Shown here: positions 51,269 through 61,161 of the stretch, one piece after another
Position numbering within the stretch: the stretch's first letter is position 1
Layout: every line of letters starts with the position of its first letter
Assembly (NCBI GenBank): GCA_963827235.1
Contig: CAWHAE010000012.1
Coordinates: forward strand, 32,001-96,000
From: an uncultured bacterium
GTDB taxonomy: Bacteria > Chloroflexota > UBA5177 > JANWHV01
Direction of reading: 5' to 3'
DNA length: 64,000 nt
Position numbers and translations under genes: made by a program
Notes under the pieces: model-generated
The model's database searches: none
What the model was told of the DNA's origin: nothing
The model's input: only the letters and a program-made list of their open reading frames with translations

Positions 51269-53245
51269 CTAGCCACGGTCCTTGACGACCTCGTCGCCTA
51301 ACAGGCCGATTTGCACGCTAAAGCGAGGATCACGGACCTCCGGGTGCCACTCCAATCGAGCATTGGTGAAGTACTGCATGCGATAGGTCCGCCCGCTGCC
51401 GTCCATGTTCTGCGCGCTGAACTCCTCGCTGATCGGCGCGCCGAACACCTCCCTCCCACCATGCTGCCGCCAGAATCGCAGGAAGTCGCCGCGCAGCGTG
51501 TGATGGCTCTGCGGGAAGTACATCGCCGCACCGCCTGAGCCGACGGGTGACGTCGCCGTCCTTGGGCAGCGCAGGGCGCAAGAGTCCGCGCCCAGCGCAG
51601 CGATCACCGCGCCGCCCTTGCCGCCGGGTTGGACCAGCTCGAGTCGCTCGAAGTCTTGCACCAGATCACCATTCCGCCAGTAGGCCTCGTCGATCGGGTA
51701 GCCGATGCGGGATAGGCCGAGGCTGCGATCGAGTGGCACGAAGGCTGGCGCCAGGCTGTGTCGGGTCGCGGCAACATAGACAGCGCCGGGAGCGTGGCTC
51801 GCCGCCGCATGGGTGGGAAGCGTGCCGGCGAAGGCCTCCTGCCAGTGCAGGCCACCGTCCGCGCTGCGGTAGATCAGCCCCGGCGCCTTGGGGTCGACGT
51901 TGCCGAGTACGAATAGCGGGTCGCCGGCGTGCGGACCTGCGGCCAGGGCACGGATAGCCAGGGGCGGCAGCGGCAGGTCATCGCTGACGGCCAGGCGCGG
52001 CCCCGCCGGTCCGGTGCCGCGGAACGCATGGATGCCGTCGGCGTACAGGCCATATGATTGGCCGGCGCCCAGCGTGTTGGCGATCACGGCCGAGGGACAG
52101 GTACCTCGCAGGACGCCCGGGCAGACGAGCTGCCGCCAGGTGGCCCCGCCGTCCGTGGTGCTGTAGAGGCGGTCGGCGGGGAGACCGGACCCCGGCGTCG
52201 GGTAGAGCAGCAGCTGACCCGGCAGGCGGGAGTCCGAGCCAATCCGGACCTTGGCGGTCTGGAGGCCGGACGGCAAGGTCACGCGACGCCACACGGTGCC
52301 GTCGTCGGTGCTCCAGGCCTCGAAGGACGGCACGTCCTGGTGCTGATTATTGATCGTGGCGTAGAGCCGGCCCGCTACGGTGACATCGGGGATGAAGGCG
52401 GCTATCCCCGCATCGTCTGGACTCCAGGACTGCGGTGCGAGGTCCGTAGGGCTGGCGATCTCCGTCCAGGTCTTGCCGAAGTCGGTGGAGCGCTGCAGCT
52501 CGGCGCCTCCATTATCGTCCCAGGCATAGGTCTTGCCGTCGGACAGGGGACTGACCGCCAGGACCTGATGGCCATAGTCTTCGCTCTCCGCCGTACTCCC
52601 GTCGGGATTGTCTGGTTCGGACCAGTGTGCGCCCCCATCGGATGAGGTGACGATGCCCTGGTTGAAATTGTCGGGGTCGTTCACTGCATACTGCTCGTTG
52701 ATGTACAGGTGCGCGCCATCGATGGCCACGAGCGGCGCCGACCAGTCAAAGCCCGTGGGCGCGCCGGCAGGCATCACGAGGCCGTCGGGAAAAGGCAGCG
52801 ACGCCCACGTCGCCCCGCCGTCCGCGCTGCGGAAGGCCCAGGCGACCGGAACGAGGACATGCGAGGAATCCAGCACCGTGGCGAGCACGGCACCAGGATT
52901 CTGAGGCGCCACCGCGAGCGTATCGGCAGTCACGACAGTACCCTGACAACACAGGCTGGAGGCGCGATCTTGGGCGAGCCAGGTAGCGCCGCCGTCTGCC
53001 GTGTGCAGGATCGTGCCGGCATCACCCACGGCCCAGCCGTGCTGCCTGTCGGGAAAGGTCACGGCATTGAGGTTGGCGCTACCGGCGGGCACGAGCATCC
53101 TCGGAGAACTCTCTCGCAATGCCAGTCCGGCCCGGGCGCCGGCCCCGTCTGTCATGGTCGGCACACAGACGAGCAGCAACGCCACAACGGCGCCTGCCGC
53201 GATCGTTCGATGCAACGCCACTGTAGACTTGCGTAGTGCTGCCAC
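51269..53245 (-). CDS. Secreted BNR/YCF48 beta-propeller with Chloroflexi-type surface repeats
   Basis: S.DGG.TW repeats; YFPQSHHTLRGDFLRFW..GG..FGAPISEE..QYF..ARLEWHPE. Confidence 0.82.
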   Translation of the reverse strand: MAALRKSTVALHRTIAAGAVVALLLVCVPTMTDGAGARAGLALRESSPRMLVPAGSANLNAVTFPDRQHGWAVGDAGTILHTADGGATWLAQDRASSLCCQGTVVTADTLAVAPQNPGAVLATVLDSSHVLVPVAWAFRSADGGATWASLPFPDGLVMPAGAPTGFDWSAPLVAIDGAHLYINEQYAVNDPDNFNQGIVTSSDGGAHWSEPDNPDGSTAESEDYGHQVLAVSPLSDGKTYAWDDNGGAELQRSTDFGKTWTEIASPTDLAPQSWSPDDAGIAAFIPDVTVAGRLYATINNQHQDVPSFEAWSTDDGTVWRRVTLPSGLQTAKVRIGSDSRLPGQLLLYPTPGSGLPADRLYSTTDGGATWRQLVCPGVLRGTCPSAVIANTLGAGQSYGLYADGIHAFRGTGPAGPRLAVSDDLPLPPLAIRALAAGPHAGDPLFVLGNVDPKAPGLIYRSADGGLHWQEAFAGTLPTHAAASHAPGAVYVAATRHSLAPAFVPLDRSLGLSRIGYPIDEAYWRNGDLVQDFERLELVQPGGKGGAVIAALGADSCALRCPRTATSPVGSGGAAMYFPQSHHTLRGDFLRFWRQHGGREVFGAPISEEFSAQNMDGSGRTYRMQYFTNARLEWHPEVRDPRFSVQIGLLGDEVVKDRG

Positions 53246-53608
53246 TGGTGGCTCACCCCTGTGCCCCCTTCTTTGCCTTCTACACGCCTACACGCCGGCC
53301 CTCTGGGCGTGCCCGCTTTCGTGTCCGCTACTCCCGACTGCGAGTTTGGCCAGGCATACGGCCGCCAACCCGCAGCAGCTTCGACGCGAGAACCACTGCC
53401 GTCGTGCCAGGTTGCGGTATGCGTCCACTGGTGCATCGTCTGCCAGAGCGCAGGTGGACGCCGTGCCGGCCACTGCGGTGCCTGGCTGCCGTAACGCTCT
53501 GCAGAGTCCGGATAATCCTCGGCGGTTGTCCCACCCAGCGATGTGCTCCGCGCGGAGGCATGTCACCGCTGACCTCCAGCACGTGGACTACCGAGCGCAC
53601 ACGGCGCG

Positions 53609-55063
53609 TCAGGCCGCATCGGGCACACGCGGGTCGACGAACAGGCTCACTGCCGCTTGGGTTGCCAGCCCAGCCTCGATTCTCGCGCTGTCCGTCGAGG
53701 TCGCATACCGCCGCGCCAGGTTGGTGAAGGTGCTGAAGTACGGGTACACCGACACGCCGTAGGTGAACGCCAACCCGCGCACGGTGATCGCGCTGCCGCG
53801 CACGATGTAGACGCGATGGTGATAGCTCGCCACCAGCACCACGACCTGGGCCTGGCCGTAGTCGCCTGAGCGGAAGGCGACCGTCACGCCGGGCGCGGCG
53901 GCAATCGTGTACGGCACGCCGTTGAGCTGTCCCGATTGATACCCAATCACGCCGAGCGCGTTGCCCACGGCAGCAATCTGGCCGCTGGCGAGTGCTCGCA
54001 TGGCGGCGTCCGAGAGCATAGGATCGCTGCTCGCCTGCTCAGCCACACTTACCTGGGCATTCTGGTCAGCCGACTGGAACACGCGAGCGGTCCCCGACCC
54101 GGCGACGGCAGACCACTGCGCCGGGTACCACACGGTAGACCCAGCCGCCGGATCGACCAGCCGGGCGAAGCCATCCACGTTCACGGCCGGAGCTGCGTAG
54201 CCGTCGTCGGGTGCCTGCGCTTGGATGGTCACGCTCGAGAAGACCTGCAGCAGCAACGCCCCCTCACTCGCCGCAGCGCAGTTCTTGTCGAAGAAGGTCA
54301 GGCCGTTGTCGGTGGACTGAGGACATGGGTTGCCGCGCAAAGCATCGACCGGCCGCAGGGAGGAAGGCGACATGATGACACGCGCCGGCAACGCTGCTGC
54401 CGGACCAATGTCGTTCACCGGCATGGTGTGTGACGCTGCACGGCCAAGCAGACCCAGTATGGCGTCCGGCGTGGGGGTCGGGGAGAGTCCGGCCGGCGGC
54501 GTGTGCGCGATCGCGATATACACCAGGCTGGCAAAGACAAAGAGCCGATGGTTGCGCTGGGTCACCGCCACGGTGAGCGAGCTGAACGTCGGGATGCTGC
54601 CGCCGACCAGCAGCACGGTGTCGACCTGAAAGGGGAGCCCGTTGACCACCACGCGCTTGGTCTGGCCGTACTCGCTGGCCGGCAGGTCCTTCTTATAGAT
54701 GAGGAGGGGTGTCCCATGTTCCTGGGCGATCAGCCGCGCGGCGACACCTTGCAGCTCACTGTCCGAGAACACCTTCGACCCCGTGGGTGCCACCATCACC
54801 CCGAGCGCTGCTTGATGGTCGGGCGTCATGATCGTGATGTCGGCAGCAGGGCCGTTTGGCGTCCACCGGACGCCTGGAATGCGCTGCAGCTGCTGCGGAA
54901 TCAGCAGCGCATAGCCGTGGACCGTACTGGCGTAGCGCACATCGCCGCTCGCTGCCCGCACCGGCCCGGGAGATGGGAGCAGCACAGCAAGCGGACTTAC
55001 AGCGATCGCGAGCAGCGCCGCAGCCCAGACAAGCCAACGCAGACGACGGGGATCAGCGTGCAT
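53609..55063 (-). CDS. Secreted/membrane hypothetical protein
   Basis: Signal or TM segment; two loosely similar halves. Confidence 0.65.
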   Translation of the reverse strand: MHADPRRLRWLVWAAALLAIAVSPLAVLLPSPGPVRAASGDVRYASTVHGYALLIPQQLQRIPGVRWTPNGPAADITIMTPDHQAALGVMVAPTGSKVFSDSELQGVAARLIAQEHGTPLLIYKKDLPASEYGQTKRVVVNGLPFQVDTVLLVGGSIPTFSSLTVAVTQRNHRLFVFASLVYIAIAHTPPAGLSPTPTPDAILGLLGRAASHTMPVNDIGPAAALPARVIMSPSSLRPVDALRGNPCPQSTDNGLTFFDKNCAAASEGALLLQVFSSVTIQAQAPDDGYAAPAVNVDGFARLVDPAAGSTVWYPAQWSAVAGSGTARVFQSADQNAQVSVAEQASSDPMLSDAAMRALASGQIAAVGNALGVIGYQSGQLNGVPYTIAAAPGVTVAFRSGDYGQAQVVVLVASYHHRVYIVRGSAITVRGLAFTYGVSVYPYFSTFTNLARRYATSTDSARIEAGLATQAAVSLFVDPRVPDAA

Positions 55064-55487
55064 CGTTCCTCCCTCTGCCGCGCTCTTCGGCACCAGGCGC
55101 GACCATCACCACCGGCAATCAACCGCGTTTCCGGACCCGGGTCTTGGCACTATCATACTACCGGCCTCATGCGGTGATCACGCCTGGGCACGCACACCGA
55201 CTCGCGCATCCAGAGCAGCCGGCTGTGTGCTGCGGACTCGGGTCATCACCGGTATTCGCGGTGGCGTCAACGCTACGAGGTGCGCAGCTGCCGCTCGTTC
55301 CCGTCAGTGCTCCGTCAGCCCGCATCCGCACGGTCTCTGGGTCGAACGGATCCATAGAAAAGGAAATGCCGGTCTGCACGCCGATCACGTCTCCGATCGC
55401 TCCGCCATCGATCAAGGGCACGAACGCGTATGCCGCGGACCTCTCGCCCGTCCTCCGTGGCGGACGTGCGCACGGGCATGAGTGCCT

Positions 55488-55520
55488 GTTCACAGATCGT
55501 TTGCAAATCGTTCACAGGTC
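55488..55520 (+). promoter_or_regulatory. Three 11-bp direct repeats (candidate activator site)
   Basis: GTTCACAGATC GTTTGCAAATC GTTCACAGGTC, about 95 bp upstream of 55614. Confidence 0.5.
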
Positions 55521-55613
55521 ATCACGCTGCGGTTATGGCACGGTAATCAGCCACCACTACGATGTCGGCAGTGCATCAGATCCGGTGCGCACAGGTCGAA
55601 AGGAACGAGGACA

Positions 55614-56186
55614 ATGAAGCGAGGCACTGCCAGGCGCGTGTTTCTTGGGGTAGTTCTGACCACCGCGGTGGCCGTGGCCGCGTCCACTGCCGTGAGCAAC
55701 CCGGTTCCTGCCGCGCATGCCGGCAGCGGCTGCAGCGGGCTGCTCCAGGGCTTGCAGTCGTGGGTGGAAACCCCGGGACAGGACATGAGCACCAACGTTG
55801 CTGACTTTGAGCTCGTCTCCAGCCGGGGGGACAACCACTACGCGTCCTACACCACGGGCAGTCTGTCGCTTGATGGAAACGCGTTGACCACCGCCTACCT
55901 GCCGTTCGGTGCAACGAGCGGCACGCAGTATTTCAGCGACCGCGCCTACAGGAGTAGCAATGGGTGGCAACCCTTCGAGGCCCAGGCAACCGACCGGCTA
56001 GGCGTCTCGATCAATACCGCTACCGGCGCCACCACGCTGACGCTCCTCAGCTGGGGCAACGGGAAGGTGCGAATCCCGACCATGCAGTGCAGCGATGGCG
56101 TGATGTACGGGTTCAGCTCCGATACGACGCACTCCCTGTATGCCTTCAGCTTCTCCGAGGGCAACGTACCGCAGGAACCCAAGTAG
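55614..56186 (+). CDS. Secreted hypothetical protein
   Basis: RR-containing signal with AHA cleavage site; GAGGA SD. Confidence 0.75.
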   Translation: MKRGTARRVFLGVVLTTAVAVAASTAVSNPVPAAHAGSGCSGLLQGLQSWVETPGQDMSTNVADFELVSSRGDNHYASYTTGSLSLDGNALTTAYLPFGATSGTQYFSDRAYRSSNGWQPFEAQATDRLGVSINTATGATTLTLLSWGNGKVRIPTMQCSDGVMYGFSSDTTHSLYAFSFSEGNVPQEPK

Positions 56187-56576
56187 CCTCTGGGGGACGA
56201 GGGCATCTTGGTGAGCAACCCTCGCCTGGTCGAGGCACGCTGATTCCCATCCACGAGAGTTCACGGGAGGGCCGCGCCGCCGACATGCAGCGCGGCCTCG
56301 CCGTCGATGCCGGCTGCGCCGACAGGCATTGCCACGTTGGTACCGGCGGCGGCGATCAGGGCGGTATCGCGGTAGGCGAGTGCATGGAAATGGAAGGCCG
56401 CTGTGCGCGCAACGACCCTCTGGCGAACCCGCCCGAGCGGCAGATCAGCCTCGTTCGGCGCGCACGCGAGGGGCGCATGTGTGCACCCTCCGCGACGAGT
56501 AATTGGCGCGAATGGCGTGAGCGGCAGCACCGTCGAGGACGACCCCGCCGACGCCCTGGTCTCCGCGGAGGCGATT

Positions 56577-57068
56577 CTACAGCTTGTACCCGATCATGCG
56601 CAGGAAGTCTTTGCGTTGCACCTTGGCCGCTTCGTCCTCGATGCCCAACGGCGACTGACCGTCTATCACGCCCACAATGCCCCGCCCTTGTTCGGTCTCT
56701 GCCACGATGACCTGGAGCGGGTTGGCCGTCGCGCAGAAGATACGGCACACCTCGGGCACGTTCTTGACGGCATTCAGCACGTTAATCGGGAAGGCATTCC
56801 CCAGGAAGATGATAAACGCGTGCCCCGCGCCGATCGCTTGAGCCGTCCTCTCAGCCAAGCCAGTCAGCTCTGCATCAGTGCCGGCTGACCGCACGAGCCG
56901 CGGGCCGGATGCCTCGCAGAAAGCCAGGCCGAACTTGATCCCAGGCACACTGTTGACCACTGCCTCAAAGACATCTTCGATGGTTTTGATGAAGTTGCTT
57001 TGCCCGAGGATGAGATTGAGGTCCGGGTCAGGTCTTTCGATAGGGACAAGAGAGAGCTGGACAGGCAT
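56577..57068 (-). CDS. Adenosine-specific kinase (DUF355) family
   Basis: NLILGQSNFIKTIED, FCEASG, AGHAF, PINVL, CATANP, GRG..GVIDG. Confidence 0.9.
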   Translation of the reverse strand: MPVQLSLVPIERPDPDLNLILGQSNFIKTIEDVFEAVVNSVPGIKFGLAFCEASGPRLVRSAGTDAELTGLAERTAQAIGAGHAFIIFLGNAFPINVLNAVKNVPEVCRIFCATANPLQVIVAETEQGRGIVGVIDGQSPLGIEDEAAKVQRKDFLRMIGYKL

Positions 57069-57093
57069 ATGACCTCCGAAAGCTGTGGCAATG

Positions 57094-57380
57094 CATGTCC
57101 TTCTCCTTCCTGCGCGGCGCCGGGCACAAGCAACCCGGCGCACGACACTGCCGTCGTGGCAGAGTTCACCAGTTGCTCGCTGCAGTCCAACGGTGACCAG
57201 ACAAGAGCGGGCGTCGGCAAGAGAGGAGCGGTTTCGCCGCTCGCGGTTCTTGAGGCGTCGGAGCCTTTCTCGGGCTGCAGGTCAGCGCATCCACTACGGC
57301 TCGATTATAGGGCCGCATGTGCGCTCTGCCCATGAACAGTCCATCGCACAGTAGCGTGCACAGTTGCCGGAGCGACCACG
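57094..57380 (-). promoter_or_regulatory. Element A copy 4 (uORF 57294-57166), truncated after ATGCA
   Basis: TATAAT 57309-57304; ACAGT at 57336/57348/57360. Confidence 0.8.
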
Positions 57381-57421
57381 ATGAGCTCCAGGCACCACGG
57401 TTCTCAGGCGCCTCGACTTAC

Positions 57422-57609
57422 CCCATCACAGCAGTGTCGACCACGGCCACCCCTCCGGCTCCGACCGGCACGCCGACGATCTGGGTGCCTACGGCTGCAA
57501 GACGCAATTCATCGGCCCCAGCCTCGCGACAGGCTTGTGGCCGCACCGCGTGGTGCCTACATCGTGAGCAAGGTTGACAATGCATCTGCATGCAAGGGCC
57601 CGGTATGAC
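57422..57609. repeat. Block D copy 2
   Basis: Matches 48850-49038. Confidence 0.85.
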
Positions 57610-58111
57610 CCACATCGTATAGACGTGAACGACTTCGCATCTTCATGCACTTGCTCGTGCGCCGGACGAGGCGCTCGGCAACGACGGCACTTTCGGGCGA
57701 CCCGACCCGACCATTGCGCCGTGCGCTCGAATTGGGGGCCACTCCAGATCCTGTTCGCATGGCGCGCGAACAGGATGCGATAGTTGCCGGCCATCACATG
57801 CAGCGCGAGGAGGACTAGCAGGCAGCGGACGTCTCGACCGACTTCAAACCGCAGTGTCCCACACATAGCACAGGTACGGACTCCAGTGACACACGCGGGA
57901 CTCCGCGTATGTTGCTCGACCGATCTGTGTACAAACCTATTGACAGACGATGCAGGCTGCCCATATGAAGCGTAACTTTTTCCACACAGCGGCGTTCTCT
58001 TAGTAGGTCCGCTGTTCCGCGAAGAGAGCGCTGCCGGAATGTGCGTCACACCACAGCTGAGCTACGCGAGGACACACGGCGCCGCCGAGAACGAGTTGGG
58101 AGTGCGCGAGG

Positions 58112-59578
58112 ATGTCTGGAGTCTGGCGCTCATGTGTCGTGTTCGTGACGCTGCTGGGGGTCGCCGTTTACGGCACCTCTGTCCTGGTGCCGGCCGGAGT
58201 GCGCGCGGCGCCTCATGCAACACTGCTCCTGCAGCCAACGCTCCTGGTCGCGCGGGTCGGTGCCGGTAGGCAGGCAGCCTTGTTCGTCCACGCCCCCGCG
58301 TTCACGCAGCTGCGGTTATCGCTCACGTATCCGGGAGGCGCCTCGTCCCACCTGGAGGGCACAACCGACGGCCAGGGACGCTATGTCTTTTCGTGGGTCG
58401 TACCGGCCAATCTGCGGCAAAGCGGCACGGCGCGGCTGCAGTTGATCGCTCAGCGTGGTGGCCGGGTCGGCCGCTGGCTGGGCGCGCTGCCCGTGCGTAA
58501 AGCCTACGCGCCGCCGTTGTTTGTCGTGCCGCTCGCCCCGCGCGTGCTGGCCGGCACGCCGGTCGAGATCTTCGTGAGCACCGCGCCCACGACACCTATC
58601 AGTTACAGCCTTTCGGTACAAGGTGGCGCAACGATCAGCCGTGGCAGGGCGAGAACTGACGCGCGCGGTCGCTTCGTGGTGAGCGTGCCCGACCGCTACC
58701 TTCCGCACCGCGCAGTCGTCGTGCTGGCGACTATTACCGTCACGACGCCGGCGGGAGCGCGTACCGCGCAGACACGTCTGACCCTGTTGCCGCGCCCACC
58801 ACTGCCGCTGACCGTCACGCTTGCCCACAAGGCCGTGCGTGTCGGCCAGTCCTGGTCGGTGCAGGTGTCGAGCACGCCGCACACACGGGTGAGCCTGACC
58901 GTCATCCTGAACCACACGGTGCTGGCACGGGGCAGTGGCATCACCAATGCGAAGGGACGATGGACGTATACGACCGCCATCACCACCGCACTCACGCGGG
59001 TCACGGCAGCACGCATCGTCGTGTACGCTCAGCATGGTATCGACCAAAGCAGGGGCCGAATCGTTGTTCTGCTGCAACCAGGTCAGCCTGGAATTCCTGA
59101 CCGCCTCTCCAGCGCCGGCAACCCCTCACCCAACTTGGCGCGGTATTTCGACACGCTACCCGACAAGGTCATCATGGTCTCGGTAGCCACGACTGGCCAG
59201 ACCTTGCGCGCTTACCAGGATGGCGTCCTCGTGCACGAAGACTACGTGACCACCGGCGAGCCACAGCTCCCCACGCCGCCCGGCATCTACCACGTGCAGG
59301 CCAAGTACTCGCCCTACGAGTTTATCTCGCCCTGGCCTCCCGGCTCTCCCTTCTACTATCCGCCCAGTTGGACCCACTTCGCCATGTTGTTCCGGGAAGG
59401 GGGCTACTTCCTGCATGATGCGCCTTGGCGTGCCGTCTATGGTCCGGGCACAAACCTGCCCCACGCCAGCGACCCGGGCGAGCCCATCGGCACACACGGC
59501 TGCGTGAATCTTCCCTACCCGGACATGGTCTGGCTGTGGAACTGGACGCCGATCGGCACGACCGTCGTGGTGTATTGA
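58112..59578 (+). CDS. L,D-transpeptidase (YkuD) with N-terminal Ig-like repeats
   Basis: TG.P..PTP.G, YFLHDAPW, THGCVN, GTTVVVY. Confidence 0.88.
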   Translation: MSGVWRSCVVFVTLLGVAVYGTSVLVPAGVRAAPHATLLLQPTLLVARVGAGRQAALFVHAPAFTQLRLSLTYPGGASSHLEGTTDGQGRYVFSWVVPANLRQSGTARLQLIAQRGGRVGRWLGALPVRKAYAPPLFVVPLAPRVLAGTPVEIFVSTAPTTPISYSLSVQGGATISRGRARTDARGRFVVSVPDRYLPHRAVVVLATITVTTPAGARTAQTRLTLLPRPPLPLTVTLAHKAVRVGQSWSVQVSSTPHTRVSLTVILNHTVLARGSGITNAKGRWTYTTAITTALTRVTAARIVVYAQHGIDQSRGRIVVLLQPGQPGIPDRLSSAGNPSPNLARYFDTLPDKVIMVSVATTGQTLRAYQDGVLVHEDYVTTGEPQLPTPPGIYHVQAKYSPYEFISPWPPGSPFYYPPSWTHFAMLFREGGYFLHDAPWRAVYGPGTNLPHASDPGEPIGTHGCVNLPYPDMVWLWNWTPIGTTVVVY

Positions 59579-59587
59579 GTGCTGTCC

Positions 59588-59710
59588 GCTGCCAAGATGC
59601 TCGCGCATCTGGAGGATGCCGTCGGCACACTTTCGCTGAAGCTTACCCAGGACGAGGTCGCCTGCCTGGAAGCGCCTTACGTGCCGCATCACATCACCGG
59701 CCAGCAGTAA
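59588..59710 (+). pseudogene. C-terminal remnant of an aldo/keto reductase (YajO-like)
   Basis: HLEDAVGTLSLKLTQDEVACLEAPYVPH. Confidence 0.65.
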
Positions 59711-60004
59711 CGGGACGGCTTTCCACAGACTGTCCGCCGTGGACCGCAGCCAGAGGCGGCAGGCGACCCACGGAGCGGTACGGACATCCAGATCGGCAAG
59801 GGTGGAATGCACGAGCATGACCAATCGGAAACCGCCGCTGCAGGCTGCCCCGCCCGCTGATCCGCCGAGATGGCAGACACGCGCCCATACCGGGCTCGTC
59901 AGATGGCCCCGAAGGTACACCGTCGGTGCATGCGCTTCGTGCTACCGCCGTAGCGACATCTTCGCGAAAGTAGGACAATTGATGCAGAGAGGGAGATTGC
60001 GATC

Positions 60005-60937
60005 ATGAATACTCCGACCAGACCCAGCGGCACCCTCCCCACCGTGTGGCCGTCCCTGCCCTACGCGGCATGGAAGGAGACCTGCACGACGCTGCAACTC
60101 TGGACCCAGATCGTGGGCAAGGTGCAGCTCGCGCTCACCCCGTTCCTCAACGAGTGGTGGAACGTCGCCTTCCACCTGACGGCGCGCGGCATGACGACGG
60201 GCCTGATCCCCTATCGGGATCAGGCCTTTGAGATGCGGTTTGATTTCATCGACCACAAGCTCAGCATCGACACCGACGCGGGAGCGACCAAGACGCTCTC
60301 CCTGGTGCCTCGCACGGTCGCCGCTTTCTACGCCGAGGTCATGGGTGCGCTGCAGGCACTCGACATCACCGTCGCCATCAATCCCGTGCCCTGTGAGGTA
60401 CCCAACCCCATCCCCTGCGACGTCAATGAGACGCATGCCTCGTACGATGCGGCCTACGTCACCCGCTGGTGGCGAATTCAGCTGCACATTGCCAGGGTGC
60501 TGCAGGTCCACCGCTCCTCCTTCGCCGGCAAGAGCAGCCCCATCCAGTTCTTCTGGGGCTCCTTCGACTTGAACCACACGCGCTTTTCTGGTCGGCCCGC
60601 CCCGGTTCCACAAGGGATGCCGCGATTCTTTCAGCTCGCGGAGGACCAAGAGAATGTGGCCTGCGGCTTCTGGCCCGGCAATCCTAACTTTGCCGGCGTG
60701 GAAGTGGGCGAGCCCGCCTTCTACGCCTACATCTACCCGGAGCCGGCCGGCTTCAAGTCGGCGCCGGTGCGGCCGGATGCGGCACACTATGACGCCAGGC
60801 TCGGCGAGTTCATCCTGCCCTACGAAGACGTGCGCCGTGCCGCCGAGCCGGAGCGGGCACTCCTGGAGTTCTTTCAGAGCGCGTACGCGGCCGCGGCGGA
60901 CCTGGCAGGGTGGGACCGCGCGGCGCTGGAGCGCTAA
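60005..60937 (+). CDS. DUF5996 family protein
   Basis: WP.LPY..WK.T..TL.LWTQIVGK, FFWGSFDL..TRFSGR, GFWPG, EPAFYAY.YPEP. Confidence 0.88.
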   Translation: MNTPTRPSGTLPTVWPSLPYAAWKETCTTLQLWTQIVGKVQLALTPFLNEWWNVAFHLTARGMTTGLIPYRDQAFEMRFDFIDHKLSIDTDAGATKTLSLVPRTVAAFYAEVMGALQALDITVAINPVPCEVPNPIPCDVNETHASYDAAYVTRWWRIQLHIARVLQVHRSSFAGKSSPIQFFWGSFDLNHTRFSGRPAPVPQGMPRFFQLAEDQENVACGFWPGNPNFAGVEVGEPAFYAYIYPEPAGFKSAPVRPDAAHYDARLGEFILPYEDVRRAAEPERALLEFFQSAYAAAADLAGWDRAALER

Positions 60938-61050
60938 CGAGATGCGCCGCGCGAAGGGCTCTCGTGTGGAACACAAGTGCCGTTGAGCGCGATGCTCGTA
61001 GGCGCCAACGTGTGAGGAGCACATGTGGACGCCAACACCCGCACCAGGAC

Positions 61051-61084
61051 GGCCGTGACATCCCAGTGCCGGGATGTCACGGCC
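61051..61084. repeat. Perfect 14-bp inverted repeat
   Basis: GGCCGTGACATCCC-AGTGCC-GGGATGTCACGGCC. Confidence 0.75.
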
Positions 61085-61161
61085 ACGATCTACACTGGCT
61101 GCGTAGGCCGTACGCCGGCCCCCCGACATGGACTGGTAGGTTACAAGAGGAGGAATGCCCA

